Assembly: GCA_050733755.1 (NCBI GenBank)
Contig: JBOHTS010000013.1
Coordinates: 38,562-102,561, forward strand
Origin: Candidatus Tyrphobacter sp.
GTDB taxonomy: Bacteria; Vulcanimicrobiota; Vulcanimicrobiia; Vulcanimicrobiales; Vulcanimicrobiaceae
DNA: 64,000 nt
Direction of reading: 5' to 3'
Within the stretch, counting starts at the first letter, position 1. Every line of letters starts with the position of its first letter. The notes beneath the pieces are model-generated. The model saw nothing but the letters and a program-made list of their open reading frames with translations. It made no database searches and was not told the origin of the DNA. Below are positions 53,958 through 64,000 of this stretch, one piece after another. Position numbers and translations under genes: made by a program.

Positions 53958-53990
53958 GGACCGCTCGAAAGGGCGGTCCTGCAACTTTTC
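53958..53990 (+). terminator. Hairpin GGACCGC-tcgaaagg-GCGGTCC followed by a T-rich tail, after P4
   Basis: 7-bp stem 28 nt after the P4 stop, then tgcaaCTTTTC. The loop (tcgaaag) and stem layout are the same as in the P3 terminator. Confidence 0.5.
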
Positions 53991-54018
53991 GGCATAAATT
54001 CGCGGTATAAGGCCCTAG

Positions 54019-56682
54019 ATGAACGCCGAGAGGATGACCGAGCGCGTTGCGGATGCGCTCAATAGCGCCTACTCGATGGCGCTCGCGGAGCACAATACAC
54101 AGAGTGCGCCCGAGCATATGCTCGCGGCTCTGCTTTCGCAGGAGCGCGGCATCGCGCCCGACGTTCTCACCGCCGCAGGAGCGGATCCCGGCGCGGTTCT
54201 GCGGCAAGCGCAAGAGGCGATCGCGCGGCTGCCGCGCCTCACCGGCAACGGGGCGCAGAGCGCGCAGGTCACGCTTGCGCCCGAGCTCGCGCGCATCATG
54301 GACGCGGCGGAGCGCGAAGCTAAGGCGCTCGGCGACGACTACACCTCCGCCGAGCACGTCTTGCTCGCGATGTCGCAAGCGGGCGGCGCCACCGGAAAGC
54401 TCTTTCGCGATAATGGCGTAACGCGCGACGCGCTGCTGCAGGCGTTGCGCCAAGTGCGCGGCAACCAGCGCGTCACGTCACGCGATCCGGAAGGAACATA
54501 CAAGTCGCTCGAACGCTACGGGCGCGATCTGACGCTCGAAGCCGAGCGCGGCAAGCTCGATCCGGTCATCGGGCGCGACGACGAGATCAGACGCGTCGTC
54601 CAAGTGCTCTCGCGGCGAACGAAAAACAACCCCGTTCTCATCGGCGATCCTGGCGTCGGCAAGACCGCGATCGTCGAAGGACTCGCGCAGCGCATAGTGC
54701 GCGGCGACGTTCCCGAAGGTCTCAAGAACAAGCGCCTCGTTCTGCTCGATCTCGGCGCGCTCATCGCGGGCGCGAAGTATCGCGGGGAGTTCGAAGAGCG
54801 GCTCAAGGCCGTTCTCAAAGACGTTACCGCGGCGCAAGGGCGCATTCTCCTTTTCGTCGACGAGCTGCACACGGTCGTTGGTGCGGGCAAGGCCGAAGGC
54901 GCGATGGATGCGGGCAATCTTCTCAAGCCGATGCTCTCGCGAGGCGAGTTGCACATGATCGGCGCGACGACGCTCGACGAGTATCGGAAGTACATCGAAA
55001 AGGACGCGGCGCTCGAGCGCCGGTTTCAGCCGGTCTTCGTCGACCAACCCAGCGTCGAGGATACGATATCCATTCTCCGCGGCTTGAAAGAAAAGTACGA
55101 AGAACATCACGGCGTGCGCATCAAGGACGCCGCGCTCGTCGCCGCGGCGGTGCTCTCGAATCGCTATATCGCCGATCGCTTCTTGCCCGACAAAGCCATC
55201 GACGTCGTCGACGAGGCCGCGGCGAAACTGCGCACCGAGATCGATTCGATGCCGCAAGAACTCGACGAAGTCTCGCGACGCCTCATGCAGCTCGAGATCG
55301 AGCGCGAGGCGCTGCGTAAGGAGAGCGATCGCGCGAGCCGCGAGCGCCTCGGCGTTCTCGAACGCGAGGTGACGTCGCTGCGGGAAGAGCAGGCGAGCCT
55401 GCGCGTGCGCTGGGAACGCGAGAAGAGCGCCGCCGTCGAGTTGCGCGCGCTGCGCGAACGCATCGCGCAGACGAAAGTGCAGATCGAACAGGCCGAGCGG
55501 CAGTACGATCTCAACAAGGTCGCCGAACTTCGCTACGGAACGCTCGCGCAGCTCGAGAAGGAACTCGGCGAGCAGGAAAAACGTCTGGCCCAAAACGACG
55601 GCGCGCGGCTTTCGAAGGAAGAGGTCGACGAAGAGGACCTGGCCGAAGTCGTGGCGCGCTGGACCGGAATTCCGGTCAACAAACTCCTCGAAGGCGAGAA
55701 GCGCAAGCTGCTCCATCTCGACGAAGAGCTGCACCGGCGCGTCATCGGGCAAGACGAGGCGGTGGACGCCGTCGCGGAGGCCGTCGTGCGCTCGCGTTCG
55801 GGGCTCTCGGATCCGAATCGCCCGATTGGTTCCTTCATGTTCCTCGGACCGACCGGAGTCGGAAAGACGGAACTCGCGAGAGCACTCGCGGAGTATCTCT
55901 TCGATGACGAACGTGCGCTCGTCCGCATCGACATGTCCGAGTATCAAGAGCGCCATACGGTCGCGCGGCTCATCGGCGCGCCGCCCGGATACGTCGGATT
56001 CGAGGAGGGCGGACAACTTACCGAGGCCGTGCGGCGCAGGCCCTACTGCGTCGTGCTCTTCGACGAGGTCGAGAAGGCGCACGGCGACGTCTTCAACGTC
56101 TTCCTGCAGATTCTCGACGATGGGCGCCTCACCGACGGGCAAGGGCGCACGGTGGACTTTCGCAATACGATCGTCATCATGACCTCGAACGTCGGCAGCG
56201 AGCGGATCCTCGACTACAAAGGCTCCTTCGACGGCGCCGAGTATGCCGTGATGCGCGCGACCGTTCTCGACGAGCTGCGCCGGCGCTTTCGTCCCGAGTT
56301 TCTCAATCGTATCGACGAAACGATCGTCTTCCACGCGCTCTCGCAAGAAGAACTCACGCAGATCGTCGACATTCAACTACGGCGCGTGCGGGAGCGCCTC
56401 TCCGGCCGCCGTATCGTGCTCGAGCTCACCGAGCGGGCGAAAGAACATCTCGTTCGCTGCGGATACGATCCCGCATACGGCGCGCGGCCCCTCAAGCGCG
56501 CGATTCAACGCGAGCTCGAGACGCCGCTCGGGCGCAAGATTCTCTCCGGCGAGATTGCCGACGGCGATGCCGTCGAGGTCGGCTACGACGAAGCGCGCGA
56601 GGCGCTGACGTTTTCACGTTCCGGTGTCGGCACCGGCGTGAAAGACGAACTTCACGATGAGGCGATCGAGCGTCGTCGCTGA
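54019..56682 (+). CDS. clpB: Chaperone/disaggregase ClpB
   Basis: Clp_N repeats, NBD1 '[17 protein letters not shown]', the long coiled-coil M-domain and NBD2 '[17 protein letters not shown]'. The tail '[19 protein letters not shown]' looks like a non-conserved extension. Confidence 0.95.
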   Translation: MNAERMTERVADALNSAYSMALAEHNTQSAPEHMLAALLSQERGIAPDVLTAAGADPGAVLRQAQEAIARLPRLTGNGAQSAQVTLAPELARIMDAAEREAKALGDDYTSAEHVLLAMSQAGGATGKLFRDNGVTRDALLQALRQVRGNQRVTSRDPEGTYKSLERYGRDLTLEAERGKLDPVIGRDDEIRRVVQVLSRRTKNNPVLIGDPGVGKTAIVEGLAQRIVRGDVPEGLKNKRLVLLDLGALIAGAKYRGEFEERLKAVLKDVTAAQGRILLFVDELHTVVGAGKAEGAMDAGNLLKPMLSRGELHMIGATTLDEYRKYIEKDAALERRFQPVFVDQPSVEDTISILRGLKEKYEEHHGVRIKDAALVAAAVLSNRYIADRFLPDKAIDVVDEAAAKLRTEIDSMPQELDEVSRRLMQLEIEREALRKESDRASRERLGVLEREVTSLREEQASLRVRWEREKSAAVELRALRERIAQTKVQIEQAERQYDLNKVAELRYGTLAQLEKELGEQEKRLAQNDGARLSKEEVDEEDLAEVVARWTGIPVNKLLEGEKRKLLHLDEELHRRVIGQDEAVDAVAEAVVRSRSGLSDPNRPIGSFMFLGPTGVGKTELARALAEYLFDDERALVRIDMSEYQERHTVARLIGAPPGYVGFEEGGQLTEAVRRRPYCVVLFDEVEKAHGDVFNVFLQILDDGRLTDGQGRTVDFRNTIVIMTSNVGSERILDYKGSFDGAEYAVMRATVLDELRRRFRPEFLNRIDETIVFHALSQEELTQIVDIQLRRVRERLSGRRIVLELTERAKEHLVRCGYDPAYGARPLKRAIQRELETPLGRKILSGEIADGDAVEVGYDEAREALTFSRSGVGTGVKDELHDEAIERRR
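56613..56642. terminator. Bulged hairpin TTCACGttCCGGTG-tcgg-CACCGGCGTGAA inside the clpB/OMP convergent overlap
   Basis: 12 paired positions with a 2-nt bulge. Lies within the last codons of both convergent ORFs. There is no classical U-tract on either side. Confidence 0.3.
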
Positions 56683-58863
56683 CGCCGGAGTACCGTAGTT
56701 GATGTAGAGCTGGTCCCCGCCGGGAAAGCGACGCTGATACGCGAGCGCGAGATCGGTTCCGACCTGCGTTGCAAATCCGCCGTACCCATTGATCGAGCGC
56801 AGCGCCAGCGTGAAGCTGCTCTCGCTCGTGAGATTGATTCCAAGCGAGATCCGGCGCAGCCACTGCGAATCGAGCGCGCCCGTTGAGAACGGACGCTCGT
56901 ACGTTCCGTCGTACGCGAGGCCGAGCGTGAAGCGCGTACCGATGACGCGGGTTAGCGACGCATCGATGAGGTGGGTCTCGTTACCGCCGAACGATCCCCA
57001 CGAATAGAGGAAGTCGATGGGATTCGGCGTCGCGTCGCCGTAGTCGAGCGGGAGCGTCATCATGTCGAATGCCTGATTCGCGCCGTCCCGATAGCACGGG
57101 TATCCCGTGAAGTACGAGGTGCCCACGAGCGTACCGGTGCAGTCCGGTCCCGACGGGATGCCGTAGGAGCGCAGCTCGCCGATCGACGGACCGGCGCCGT
57201 CGATCGAGAGACCGTTATCGAAGACGACGTTCGCGAACGCTCCAGTGTCTGCTTGATGAACGGCACCGCTGAGGTCCTCAAATCGATCGGCCTCCATGAA
57301 GAGGGTCCAGCTCTTGATTCCGGGAGAGGAGCCGCCGGTGAAGTCGACGATGCTCTGGGGGCCGCGGATGTCCGAGTTCGCGGTATAGCCGTCGATCGGA
57401 TTGTAGTTCGGCGCGATGTCGAGATAGCCGAGATTCACCTCGTAGTTCGGCTTGTGAACGTCCACAAACGTCTGAAACATGTTGCTGCTGCCCTGCGGCA
57501 CCCAGGAGCCGTTTTCGAACGCGTAGTCGGCGAAGGCGACGAGACCGCTGGAGAGATTGCGCGCTTCGACGCCTCCCTCGATCGTCGAATCGTCGCCGTA
57601 GAGCGAGTGATGCGCCAGCACGCCGTCGGTCCAGTAGAGAAAGCTGTTGTCCTGCAGCGCGTGCTCGTATCCGAAGGCCTGATCGTCGAACTCGTTTCCG
57701 GTCGTTTCGTCGTAGCCGCGGAAGCTGAGAACGCCGAAGCTTTGATCACCGAAGGAGCCTTCGACCTTCGCACCGCGATCGAACGCGCCGATGCTGGGCG
57801 AGTAGAAGATCGTGTCTTGTCCCCCCGAGTACGTGCCCGTCGTCGTTCGCTGACCCGACAGTGCGTTCACGAACACCGCGCCCTGCGCGAAGAACGGCCG
57901 GTACTCGACGAGCTGACGGCGGAACTCCTGCGGCGCGATCGTCTCCTGATCGATCTCGACGTTGGAGAAGTCCGGGTCGAGCGTGCCCACGAAGTTAATC
58001 GTCGTCGTGAGCGGCAGGCTGAAGTCGATGCCGAAATGTCGCACGCTCTGCGGCAAGAAGGTCTGATTCGGTTGCTCGAAGAGATCGCGATCGCGTCCAA
58101 GACTGTCGAGCGCGTAGATATCGGCGCGAGGCTTCGGACGCGACGTCGATGCGACGTCGATGCGCAGCGTTCCGGCCGCCCAAAAGCGTCCGTAAGTAAA
58201 GACGGGCCACGAGCCGGGTGCGCCGTCCTCCATCAATCCGTTGTACGCCCAGACGTAGTGATCGCCGCGAGCCGCGATCGCGCGCACGAATTGGAAACGC
58301 CAGGCTTGCACGCCGGCGCGCGGGACGTGGAGCACGTCGAGCGGGATGATGAGGACCGCGTTCCATCCTTGCGAAGTGCGCGTTGTGGCGCTCTGCCAGT
58401 GGGGGCGGAAGCGAACGTTCGCGTTCGCTTGCTCGTAGCGCGTTGCCAGCGGGGTCGTCTCGAAGAAATACGACTCGCTTCCGGCGCCGCTCGTGTCGAC
58501 GCCGATGCCGACGAAGTCGTCGATGCCGAAGCCGATGTCGTTCGTCGTCTGCGTCGCCGTGATCGGGATACCGTGCTGCGTTACCGAAAATGCTACGTAG
58601 AGATTGCGATCGTCGTAGAGCACGTAGGCTCGCGTCTCCTGCGGCGCCGGCGATCGGGTCGTGAGGTCCTCCCAGGGGCCGTCGCTCGGCACGAGGCCCG
58701 CGGCCCACGCAGGGTCCTTCAGGCTCGGATCCAGGGGGAGCGGATGCTCGGCGCGTGCGAGCGCAAAGGAGAACGACGCGGACACCGCGGCCCGCGCGTG
58801 GACCGCGCAGGCGGCGGCCAATATCATGGCTGCCACGCCATAGAAAAGGCCCCCGCGAAGCAT
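56614..58863 (-). CDS. Outer-membrane-type protein: CBM9/DOMON-like N-domain + large beta-rich domain (DUF5916-like)
   Basis: Signal peptide '[23 protein letters not shown]'. 'DPAWAAG...[15 protein letters not shown]...[12 protein letters not shown]...WRFQFVR' is the CBM9-like pattern. Alternating hydrophobic strands run to the C-terminus. Confidence 0.65.
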   Translation of the reverse strand: MLRGGLFYGVAAMILAAACAVHARAAVSASFSFALARAEHPLPLDPSLKDPAWAAGLVPSDGPWEDLTTRSPAPQETRAYVLYDDRNLYVAFSVTQHGIPITATQTTNDIGFGIDDFVGIGVDTSGAGSESYFFETTPLATRYEQANANVRFRPHWQSATTRTSQGWNAVLIIPLDVLHVPRAGVQAWRFQFVRAIAARGDHYVWAYNGLMEDGAPGSWPVFTYGRFWAAGTLRIDVASTSRPKPRADIYALDSLGRDRDLFEQPNQTFLPQSVRHFGIDFSLPLTTTINFVGTLDPDFSNVEIDQETIAPQEFRRQLVEYRPFFAQGAVFVNALSGQRTTTGTYSGGQDTIFYSPSIGAFDRGAKVEGSFGDQSFGVLSFRGYDETTGNEFDDQAFGYEHALQDNSFLYWTDGVLAHHSLYGDDSTIEGGVEARNLSSGLVAFADYAFENGSWVPQGSSNMFQTFVDVHKPNYEVNLGYLDIAPNYNPIDGYTANSDIRGPQSIVDFTGGSSPGIKSWTLFMEADRFEDLSGAVHQADTGAFANVVFDNGLSIDGAGPSIGELRSYGIPSGPDCTGTLVGTSYFTGYPCYRDGANQAFDMMTLPLDYGDATPNPIDFLYSWGSFGGNETHLIDASLTRVIGTRFTLGLAYDGTYERPFSTGALDSQWLRRISLGINLTSESSFTLALRSINGYGGFATQVGTDLALAYQRRFPGGDQLYINYGTPASATTLDRLIVKFVFHAGADTGT

Positions 58864-58880
58864 ACGAGAACAGGCGCACC

Positions 58881-60989
58881 ATGAGAGTCGCATCAGGATT
58901 CGCTCTTTTCGCGTTGCTCTGCACCGCCTCCGCTGGGGCGGCTGCTGCGACGTTTACGATGGCGCAGATTATTTCGTACCCGTATCCGGACACGATCGTC
59001 CGCGACGCACGAGGACGTGCGATCGCGTACGTGCTCGATACGAAGGGCATACGCTCGCTGTGGTTCGCGCAGGCGCCGGACTTTACGCCCCGCGAGCTCT
59101 TTTCGTCGCAGCGTGATGACGGGCAAGAGTTGAGCAACGTCGTCATCTCGAACGACGACGCGCACGTCGTCTACGTGCGCGGCGGAGACCACGATGCGAA
59201 CTGGCCGGAGGCACTGCAGCCGGATCCTGCGTCGTATCCCGTGCAGCAGGAGATGCAAGTCTGGTCCGTGTCGACGAGCGGCGGAGCGCCGGTGCTGCTG
59301 GGCAATGGCGACACGCCCGCGATCTCGCCCGACTCGGCGACGGTGGCGTTTACGAGCGGCGGCGCGGTCATGGTCGCGCCGATCGACGGCGGCACCGCGA
59401 GCAAGCGGATGTTCTTCGATCGCGGAGCCGACTCCGATCTGCACTGGTCGCGCAGCGGACGCGCGCTCGCATTCGTTTCGGCGCGAACCGATCACAGTTT
59501 CATCGCGATCTATCGTAACGAGTCGAAGCCGATTCAGTATCTCGCTCCGACGACGTCGCAGGACTTCATGCCTCGCTGGTCGCCCGACGGAAGCCAGATT
59601 GCCTTCGTGAGGCTTCACGGCGACGGCGGTCCGCCGCTCAATCCGCTGAACTGGAATCCAACGCCGTGGAAGATCGTCGTCGCCGACGTTCGCACCGGCG
59701 CCGCGCGCGTCGCGTGGCGCAGCGGCGACACGGCGCGCGACTCGATCCCGCAGAGCGGCGGAGGTCCGATGATCGCCTGGGCGTCGGGCGGCCGCATCGT
59801 TTTCTCCAGCGAGAGCGGTAACTGGCCGCACCTCTACGCCGTTTCGGCGTTCGGGGGCCGCGCGCGGCTCCTGACGCCGGGAGCGTACATGGTCGAAGAG
59901 ACGTCGATGACTCCCAACGGCAGCGCGGTCGTCTATACCGCGAACGCCGGCCGCACGCCCGGCGACGACGATCGTCGTCACATCTTTCGCGTGAACGTCG
60001 GCAGCGGCCGCATCACCGAGCTCACGAGCGGCGCGAGCAGCGAGACGGGACCGGTTGCGCTCGCAGGCGGCGCGGTCGCGTACAATCATACGACCGCGCA
60101 AATGCCGCTCTTGGTGACCGTGCTGTCGAACGGAGCGCATCGCGCGCTCGATGCGTCGATGCTGCCGGCCGACTTTCCGTCGAGCGCACTCGTGACGCCG
60201 CGCGAGGTCGCATTCCGCGCGGCGGACGGCTGGCTCATCCACGGACAACTCTTCCTTCCGCGCGAGCAGGGTAGGCATCCGGGCGTCATCTTCGTTCACG
60301 GCGGACCGCCGCGCCAAATGCTCCTCACCTGGCACTACATGGATTACTACACGAACTCGTACGCGGTGAATCAGTATCTCGCGAGTCGCGGCTTCGTCGT
60401 TCTCTCGGTGAACTATCGTCTGGGCGTCGGATACGGACACGACTTCAACTACCCCGCGCACTGGGGCCCGACCGGCGCGTCGGAGTACCAGGACGTCGTT
60501 GCCGGCGCGCGCTTTCTGCAGCGCGATTCGCACGTCGAGGCGAACCGCATCGGCATCTGGGGCGGTTCCTACGGCGGCTACCTCACCGCGCTTGCGCTCG
60601 CTCGCAACTCCGATATCTTCAAGGCCGGAGTCGACTTTCACGGCGTGCACGACTGGTCGCTCGATATCGACAATCCGCTGTGGGGCTTCACGTTTCCCAA
60701 GCGTTACGAGATGCTCAATACCCGCGCGATGATGAAACTCGCGTGGGAGTCGTCGCCGGACTCAGCGATCCCTACGTGGCGATCCCCGGTGCTGCTCATT
60801 CAGGGCGACGACGACCGCAACGTCGAGTTTCACCAAATGGTCGATCTCGTCGAACGCCTGCGCCGCACGCACGTTCACTACGAGCAGATCGTCTTTCCAA
60901 ACGAGATCCACGGGTTCTTGCGCTACGCAACGTGGCTACGAGCCGACACGGCGACGGTCGAGTTTCTCGCGCGCGAACTCCAGCGCTGA
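58881..60989 (+). CDS. S9 family serine peptidase (prolyl oligopeptidase/acylaminoacyl-peptidase type) with N-terminal beta-propeller
   Basis: Signal peptide 'MRVASGFALFALLCTASAGA', TolB-like propeller, catalytic 'IGIWGGSYGGYLT', and Asp/His region 'LLIQGDDDRNV...EIHGF'. Confidence 0.85.
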   Translation: MRVASGFALFALLCTASAGAAAATFTMAQIISYPYPDTIVRDARGRAIAYVLDTKGIRSLWFAQAPDFTPRELFSSQRDDGQELSNVVISNDDAHVVYVRGGDHDANWPEALQPDPASYPVQQEMQVWSVSTSGGAPVLLGNGDTPAISPDSATVAFTSGGAVMVAPIDGGTASKRMFFDRGADSDLHWSRSGRALAFVSARTDHSFIAIYRNESKPIQYLAPTTSQDFMPRWSPDGSQIAFVRLHGDGGPPLNPLNWNPTPWKIVVADVRTGAARVAWRSGDTARDSIPQSGGGPMIAWASGGRIVFSSESGNWPHLYAVSAFGGRARLLTPGAYMVEETSMTPNGSAVVYTANAGRTPGDDDRRHIFRVNVGSGRITELTSGASSETGPVALAGGAVAYNHTTAQMPLLVTVLSNGAHRALDASMLPADFPSSALVTPREVAFRAADGWLIHGQLFLPREQGRHPGVIFVHGGPPRQMLLTWHYMDYYTNSYAVNQYLASRGFVVLSVNYRLGVGYGHDFNYPAHWGPTGASEYQDVVAGARFLQRDSHVEANRIGIWGGSYGGYLTALALARNSDIFKAGVDFHGVHDWSLDIDNPLWGFTFPKRYEMLNTRAMMKLAWESSPDSAIPTWRSPVLLIQGDDDRNVEFHQMVDLVERLRRTHVHYEQIVFPNEIHGFLRYATWLRADTATVEFLARELQR

Positions 60990-61016
60990 GGTCGGCGGCG
61001 TGCGCGCCGCTGCGCG

Positions 61017-62885
61017 CTACGTTGCCGATGCCGTGCGCTTGCGAATCCGCAGACGATCGCTTTCGTTGAGGATCCGCTTGCGTAAGCGAATCGATTTCGG
61101 CGTGACCTCGACGAGCTCGTCGTCTTCGATGAACTCGATCGCGCGCTCGAGCGAGAGGTCTTCCGGCGGAGCGAGCTTGACGTTCTCGTCGGAGCCCGCC
61201 GCGCGCATGTTCGTGAGCTTCTTCTCGCGGACGACGTTGAGCGCGACGTCGAAGGTGTCGTTGGCGCGCCCGACGATCATGCCTTCGTAGACGTACTCTC
61301 CCGCTCCGACGAAGAAGCGGCCGCGCTGTTCGACGCCCGCGAGCGCATATCCGGTAGCGCGTCCGGTGTCGCTGGCGACGAGCGCTCCGACGGTGCGGCC
61401 AGAAAGCTCGCCCTGCCACGGCTGATGATCGTAATACGTGTGCGACATCACCGCCGTGCCGCGCGTGAGCGTGAGCAGCTCCGCGCGCAGGCCGAAGATC
61501 GCGCGCGTCGGCATCGTGTACTCGAGGCGGCGCGCTTCGCCAAGCGTCACGAGATTCGACATCGTCGCTTTCCGCCGGCCGAGAGCCTCGATGACGGCGC
61601 CGGAGTGCTCCTCCGGCACGTCGATGACGACGTACTCGACCGGCTCGTAGCGCGTGCCGCCGCGTTCGGTGAGGATCACTTGCGGTTTGGAGACGGCGAG
61701 TTCGTACCCTTCGCGGCGCATCGTTTCGATGAGAATTGCGAGATGAAGCTCGCCGCGGCCGCGAACCTCGAATGTATCCGGTGAGCCCGTTTCGAGAACG
61801 CGCAGAGCCACATTCGATTCGAGCTCGCGAGTCAAGCGCTCGCGGATCTGGCGCGACGTGAGGAACTTGCCTTCGCGACCGGCGAACGGCGACGTGTTGA
61901 CGGAGAAGAACATCGAGACGGTCGGCTCGTCGACGGTGACGGCGTGCAGGCCCTCGGGGCTCTGTGCGTCCGCAATCGTATCGCCGATGTTGAGATCCTC
62001 GATGCCGGAGATGCAGACGATGTCTCCTGCCGAAGCCTCCTCGACTTCGAGACGCTCCAGGCCGGCGAACGTGAGAAGCTTCGTCAGACGCAGACCCGCC
62101 GCGACGGAGCCGTCGCGCGCGACCTTCGCGATCGGCATATTCACGCGCGACGTTCCTCGGAAGATCCGCCCGACCCCGATGCGTCCGACGAACTGGTTAT
62201 GGTCGATCGCCGAGATCAGGAGTTGAAACGGGCCGTCCTGCGCCGGCGCCTCCGGAACGCGCTGCAGCATCGTCGCAAAGAGCGGCTCGAGATCGGTGCC
62301 GGGCTCTTCGAGGGAGCGCGTCGCGGTGCCCGCCTTAGCGTTCGTGTAGACGACGGCAAAATCGGCTTGCTCGTCTTCGGCGCCGAGCTCGATGAAGAGA
62401 TCGAAGACGTCGTTGACGACCTCGACCGGCCGGGCGTCCTTGCGATCGATCTTGTTCACGACGACGATCGCGCGCAGGTCGAGTTCCAACGCTTTGCGCA
62501 GAACGAATCGCGTCTGCGGCATGACGCTTTCGGCGGCATCGACGAGCAGGAGCACGCCCTGCACCATCTGCAGCACGCGCTCGACCTCGCCGCCGAAATC
62601 GGCGTGTCCCGGCGTATCGACGATGTTGAACTTCACGCCGCCGTGGCCGATCGAGGTGTTCTTCGCGAGGATCGTGATACCGCGCTCTCGCTCGAGCGGA
62701 TTCGAGTCGAGGACCCGCGACTCGACCGTCTGGCCCTCACGGAAGACCCCGCTCTGCTTGAGCATGGCATCGACGAGCGTCGTCTTTCCATGGTCGACGT
62801 GCGCGATGATCGCAACGTTGCGGATGTCGGGCCTCGTTCGCACGGCGTTACGGCTAGTTAACCGTGCCGTCGCCGTGCCCTTCAA
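61017..62885 (-). CDS. typA: Translational GTPase TypA/BipA
   Basis: 'IRNVAIIAHVDHGKTTLVDAMLKQSG', 'DTPGHADFGGEVERVL', 'NKIDR'. The EF-G-like domains and C-terminal domain are collinear with BipA. Confidence 0.9.
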   Translation of the reverse strand: MKGTATARLTSRNAVRTRPDIRNVAIIAHVDHGKTTLVDAMLKQSGVFREGQTVESRVLDSNPLERERGITILAKNTSIGHGGVKFNIVDTPGHADFGGEVERVLQMVQGVLLLVDAAESVMPQTRFVLRKALELDLRAIVVVNKIDRKDARPVEVVNDVFDLFIELGAEDEQADFAVVYTNAKAGTATRSLEEPGTDLEPLFATMLQRVPEAPAQDGPFQLLISAIDHNQFVGRIGVGRIFRGTSRVNMPIAKVARDGSVAAGLRLTKLLTFAGLERLEVEEASAGDIVCISGIEDLNIGDTIADAQSPEGLHAVTVDEPTVSMFFSVNTSPFAGREGKFLTSRQIRERLTRELESNVALRVLETGSPDTFEVRGRGELHLAILIETMRREGYELAVSKPQVILTERGGTRYEPVEYVVIDVPEEHSGAVIEALGRRKATMSNLVTLGEARRLEYTMPTRAIFGLRAELLTLTRGTAVMSHTYYDHQPWQGELSGRTVGALVASDTGRATGYALAGVEQRGRFFVGAGEYVYEGMIVGRANDTFDVALNVVREKKLTNMRAAGSDENVKLAPPEDLSLERAIEFIEDDELVEVTPKSIRLRKRILNESDRLRIRKRTASAT

Positions 62886-63049
62886 CGGTGGGGATCGGCG
62901 GGACCATGCTCCCGTAGGGCGCTCTGTAAAGCCTTCGTAAACCGCGCGTTTGGCCGAGAACGAGGCGTTCGACGCATTGCGATGCGGTGAGAAAAGCCGT
63001 ATGCGCGCTTCGCGGCATTGCCGATGAGCGTGCTACGGAGGATTTCACC

Positions 63050-63694
63050 ATGCGAGCGATTGCCATCGTTCTCGCGCTTTCATGTGCGGCCGTTCTGCCG
63101 GGCACCGTTGCCCTGGCGCACTCCCGCCCGTCGGCGGGGGCGCTCTCGAGCATGGCGCCTGCAGACGAGTACTTCGGGCGCTTCAAAGAGAGCGTCCTCG
63201 AGATTCGCAATCGTCTGGACGCCTTCGACCGCGCAAGCGACGACGAGATGCTCGAGGGCGGCACGATCCACGCGCTCGGCGATCTCTGGAATGCGATTTC
63301 CGACTGGCGCCGCAAGTATCCGCGCGACCCGTGGTTGCCCGGTGCGATGCGGCGCCTTCGACGCGATTACGAGCGCGCTGGTTACGCGTTCGTAGACGAG
63401 GGCGCGCCTGACGTCATGGTCAGCGTGCAGGGCGTCGTCGTCGACGGCGAGAGCGGCGATCCCGTCCAAGGGGCCGTCGTTCTCGTCGCTCGCGACGGTT
63501 CGAGAGCGTTCGACGCCGCTCCGGCTGGAACGACTGCGGGCGACGGGTCGTTCGTCGTCTCGGGCCTGCCCGCCGGGCGCCTCGATCTCATCGTCGAGCC
63601 GCCGCAGGGCAGCGGCGACGCGCCTCGCCGGATGCGGGTCGACGCGCGGCGCGGGAGTGTAGACGCCGGGGTCATTCGCCTCTCGCCGCAATAG
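63050..63694 (+). CDS. Secreted protein with C-terminal carboxypeptidase-regulatory-like (CarboxypepD_reg) domain
   Basis: RBS GGAGGA at 63037-63042. Signal peptide 'MRAIAIVLALSCAAVLPGTVALA'. 'VQGVVVDGESGDPVQGAVVLVARDG...GDGSFVVSGLPAGRLDLIVE'. Confidence 0.55.
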   Translation: MRAIAIVLALSCAAVLPGTVALAHSRPSAGALSSMAPADEYFGRFKESVLEIRNRLDAFDRASDDEMLEGGTIHALGDLWNAISDWRRKYPRDPWLPGAMRRLRRDYERAGYAFVDEGAPDVMVSVQGVVVDGESGDPVQGAVVLVARDGSRAFDAAPAGTTAGDGSFVVSGLPAGRLDLIVEPPQGSGDAPRRMRVDARRGSVDAGVIRLSPQ

Positions 63695-63755
63695 AGAAGG
63701 CAAAGGTCCCCAACGGCACGAGGAGGCTCGGCTTTCGGGTACGTAGCCTCCAACG

Positions 63756-64000
63756 ATGCTCGACGAAGCGCTTCGCGTGCGATTCGAAGTGAACGGTGAG
63801 GAGCGCGTTCTTTCGGTCCAGGCGCGCGTCACGCTTCTCGACGCTCTGCGCGAGCGCCTCGGCCTGACCGGCACGAAGAAAGGTTGCGACCGTGGCACCT
63901 GCGGCGCGTGTACCGTGCTCGTGGACGGCAGACGCGTGCTCTCGTGTTTGACGCTTGCGGCGATGCACGACGGAGCGCGCGTGACGACGATCGAAGGGCT
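63756..64000 (+). CDS. (2Fe-2S)-binding small subunit of a xanthine dehydrogenase/CO dehydrogenase-family molybdoenzyme; 3' end off-window
   Basis: My own translation from the ATG at 63756: '[81 protein letters not shown]' (C-x4-C-G-x-C ... C ferredoxin motif). Confidence 0.85.
   Translation, partial: MLDEALRVRFEVNGEERVLSVQARVTLLDALRERLGLTGTKKGCDRGTCGACTVLVDGRRVLSCLTLAAMHDGARVTTIEG

Noticed and set aside
53931-54018. Heat-shock operators (CIRCE, HAIR) or a sigma-32-type promoter upstream of clpB
   Set aside because: I saw no match to TTAGCACTC-N9-GAGTGCTAA, CTTGAGT-N7-ACTCAAG or CTTGAAA...CCCCAT by eye. Only the weak TATAAG box is reported.
54478-56376. 632-aa minus-strand ORF opposite clpB
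   Set aside because: It is a shadow ORF of an unmistakable ClpB gene.
58893-60650. 585-aa minus-strand ORF opposite the S9 peptidase
   Set aside because: It is a shadow ORF. The plus frame has the signal peptide and the GGSYGG catalytic motif.

Overview
This is a high-GC bacterial chromosomal segment with about 60 tightly packed protein-coding genes, many joined by 1-4 nt start/stop overlaps. I recognised no rRNA, tRNA or CRISPR array. The phylum cannot be assigned from this window.

Gene blocks in order:
- 1-7.6 kb: a Tad/Flp-type pilus locus (A24 peptidase, cpaB, a fused cpaE/tadZ-cpaF ATPase, tadB, tadC, a second A24 peptidase). A DUF192 gene and an ATPase+SARP/BTAD regulator follow. There is no secretin or pilin gene in the window.
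- 7.6-11.7 kb (minus strand): an operon of pncA, an NCS1 permease, an ABC ATPase and an ABC-2 permease.
- 12-19.8 kb: pepP, a 2-Cys peroxiredoxin, a ~1060-aa Asp-box (sortilin/VPS10-like) propeller lipoprotein, and DoxX, HPP and secreted hypothetical proteins.
- 19.8-22.6 kb: a small, visibly lower-GC accessory islet. It holds a multiply frameshifted AbiEii-like nucleotidyltransferase module, a PrsW protease and a possible IS3-type transposase relic.
- 22.6-26.4 kb: an 885-aa LuxR/STAND regulator divergent from a beta-propeller lipoprotein.
- 26.5-33.4 kb: comEC, an epimerase, leuS (carrying an in-frame copy of a short repeat element) and comEA.
- 33.5-41.7 kb: fadD, padR and two tandem S10 carboxypeptidases, convergent on a second sortilin/VPS10-like protein.
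- 41.7-49.3 kb: tsaE-tsaB-rimI-yqeK-rsfS, gyrA, trxA and an adenosine/adenine deaminase.
- 49.4-53.9 kb: a tandem array of four paralogous lipoproteins with NHL-like propeller repeats. One copy is decayed and one has a damaged start. This array is my best candidate for an uncharacterised system, but its function is unknown.
- 54-64 kb: clpB, a CBM9/DUF5916-like outer-membrane protein, an S9 peptidase, typA, a secreted protein and the 5' part of a 2Fe-2S molybdo-dehydrogenase subunit.

All family calls come from motifs read by eye. No database search was run.
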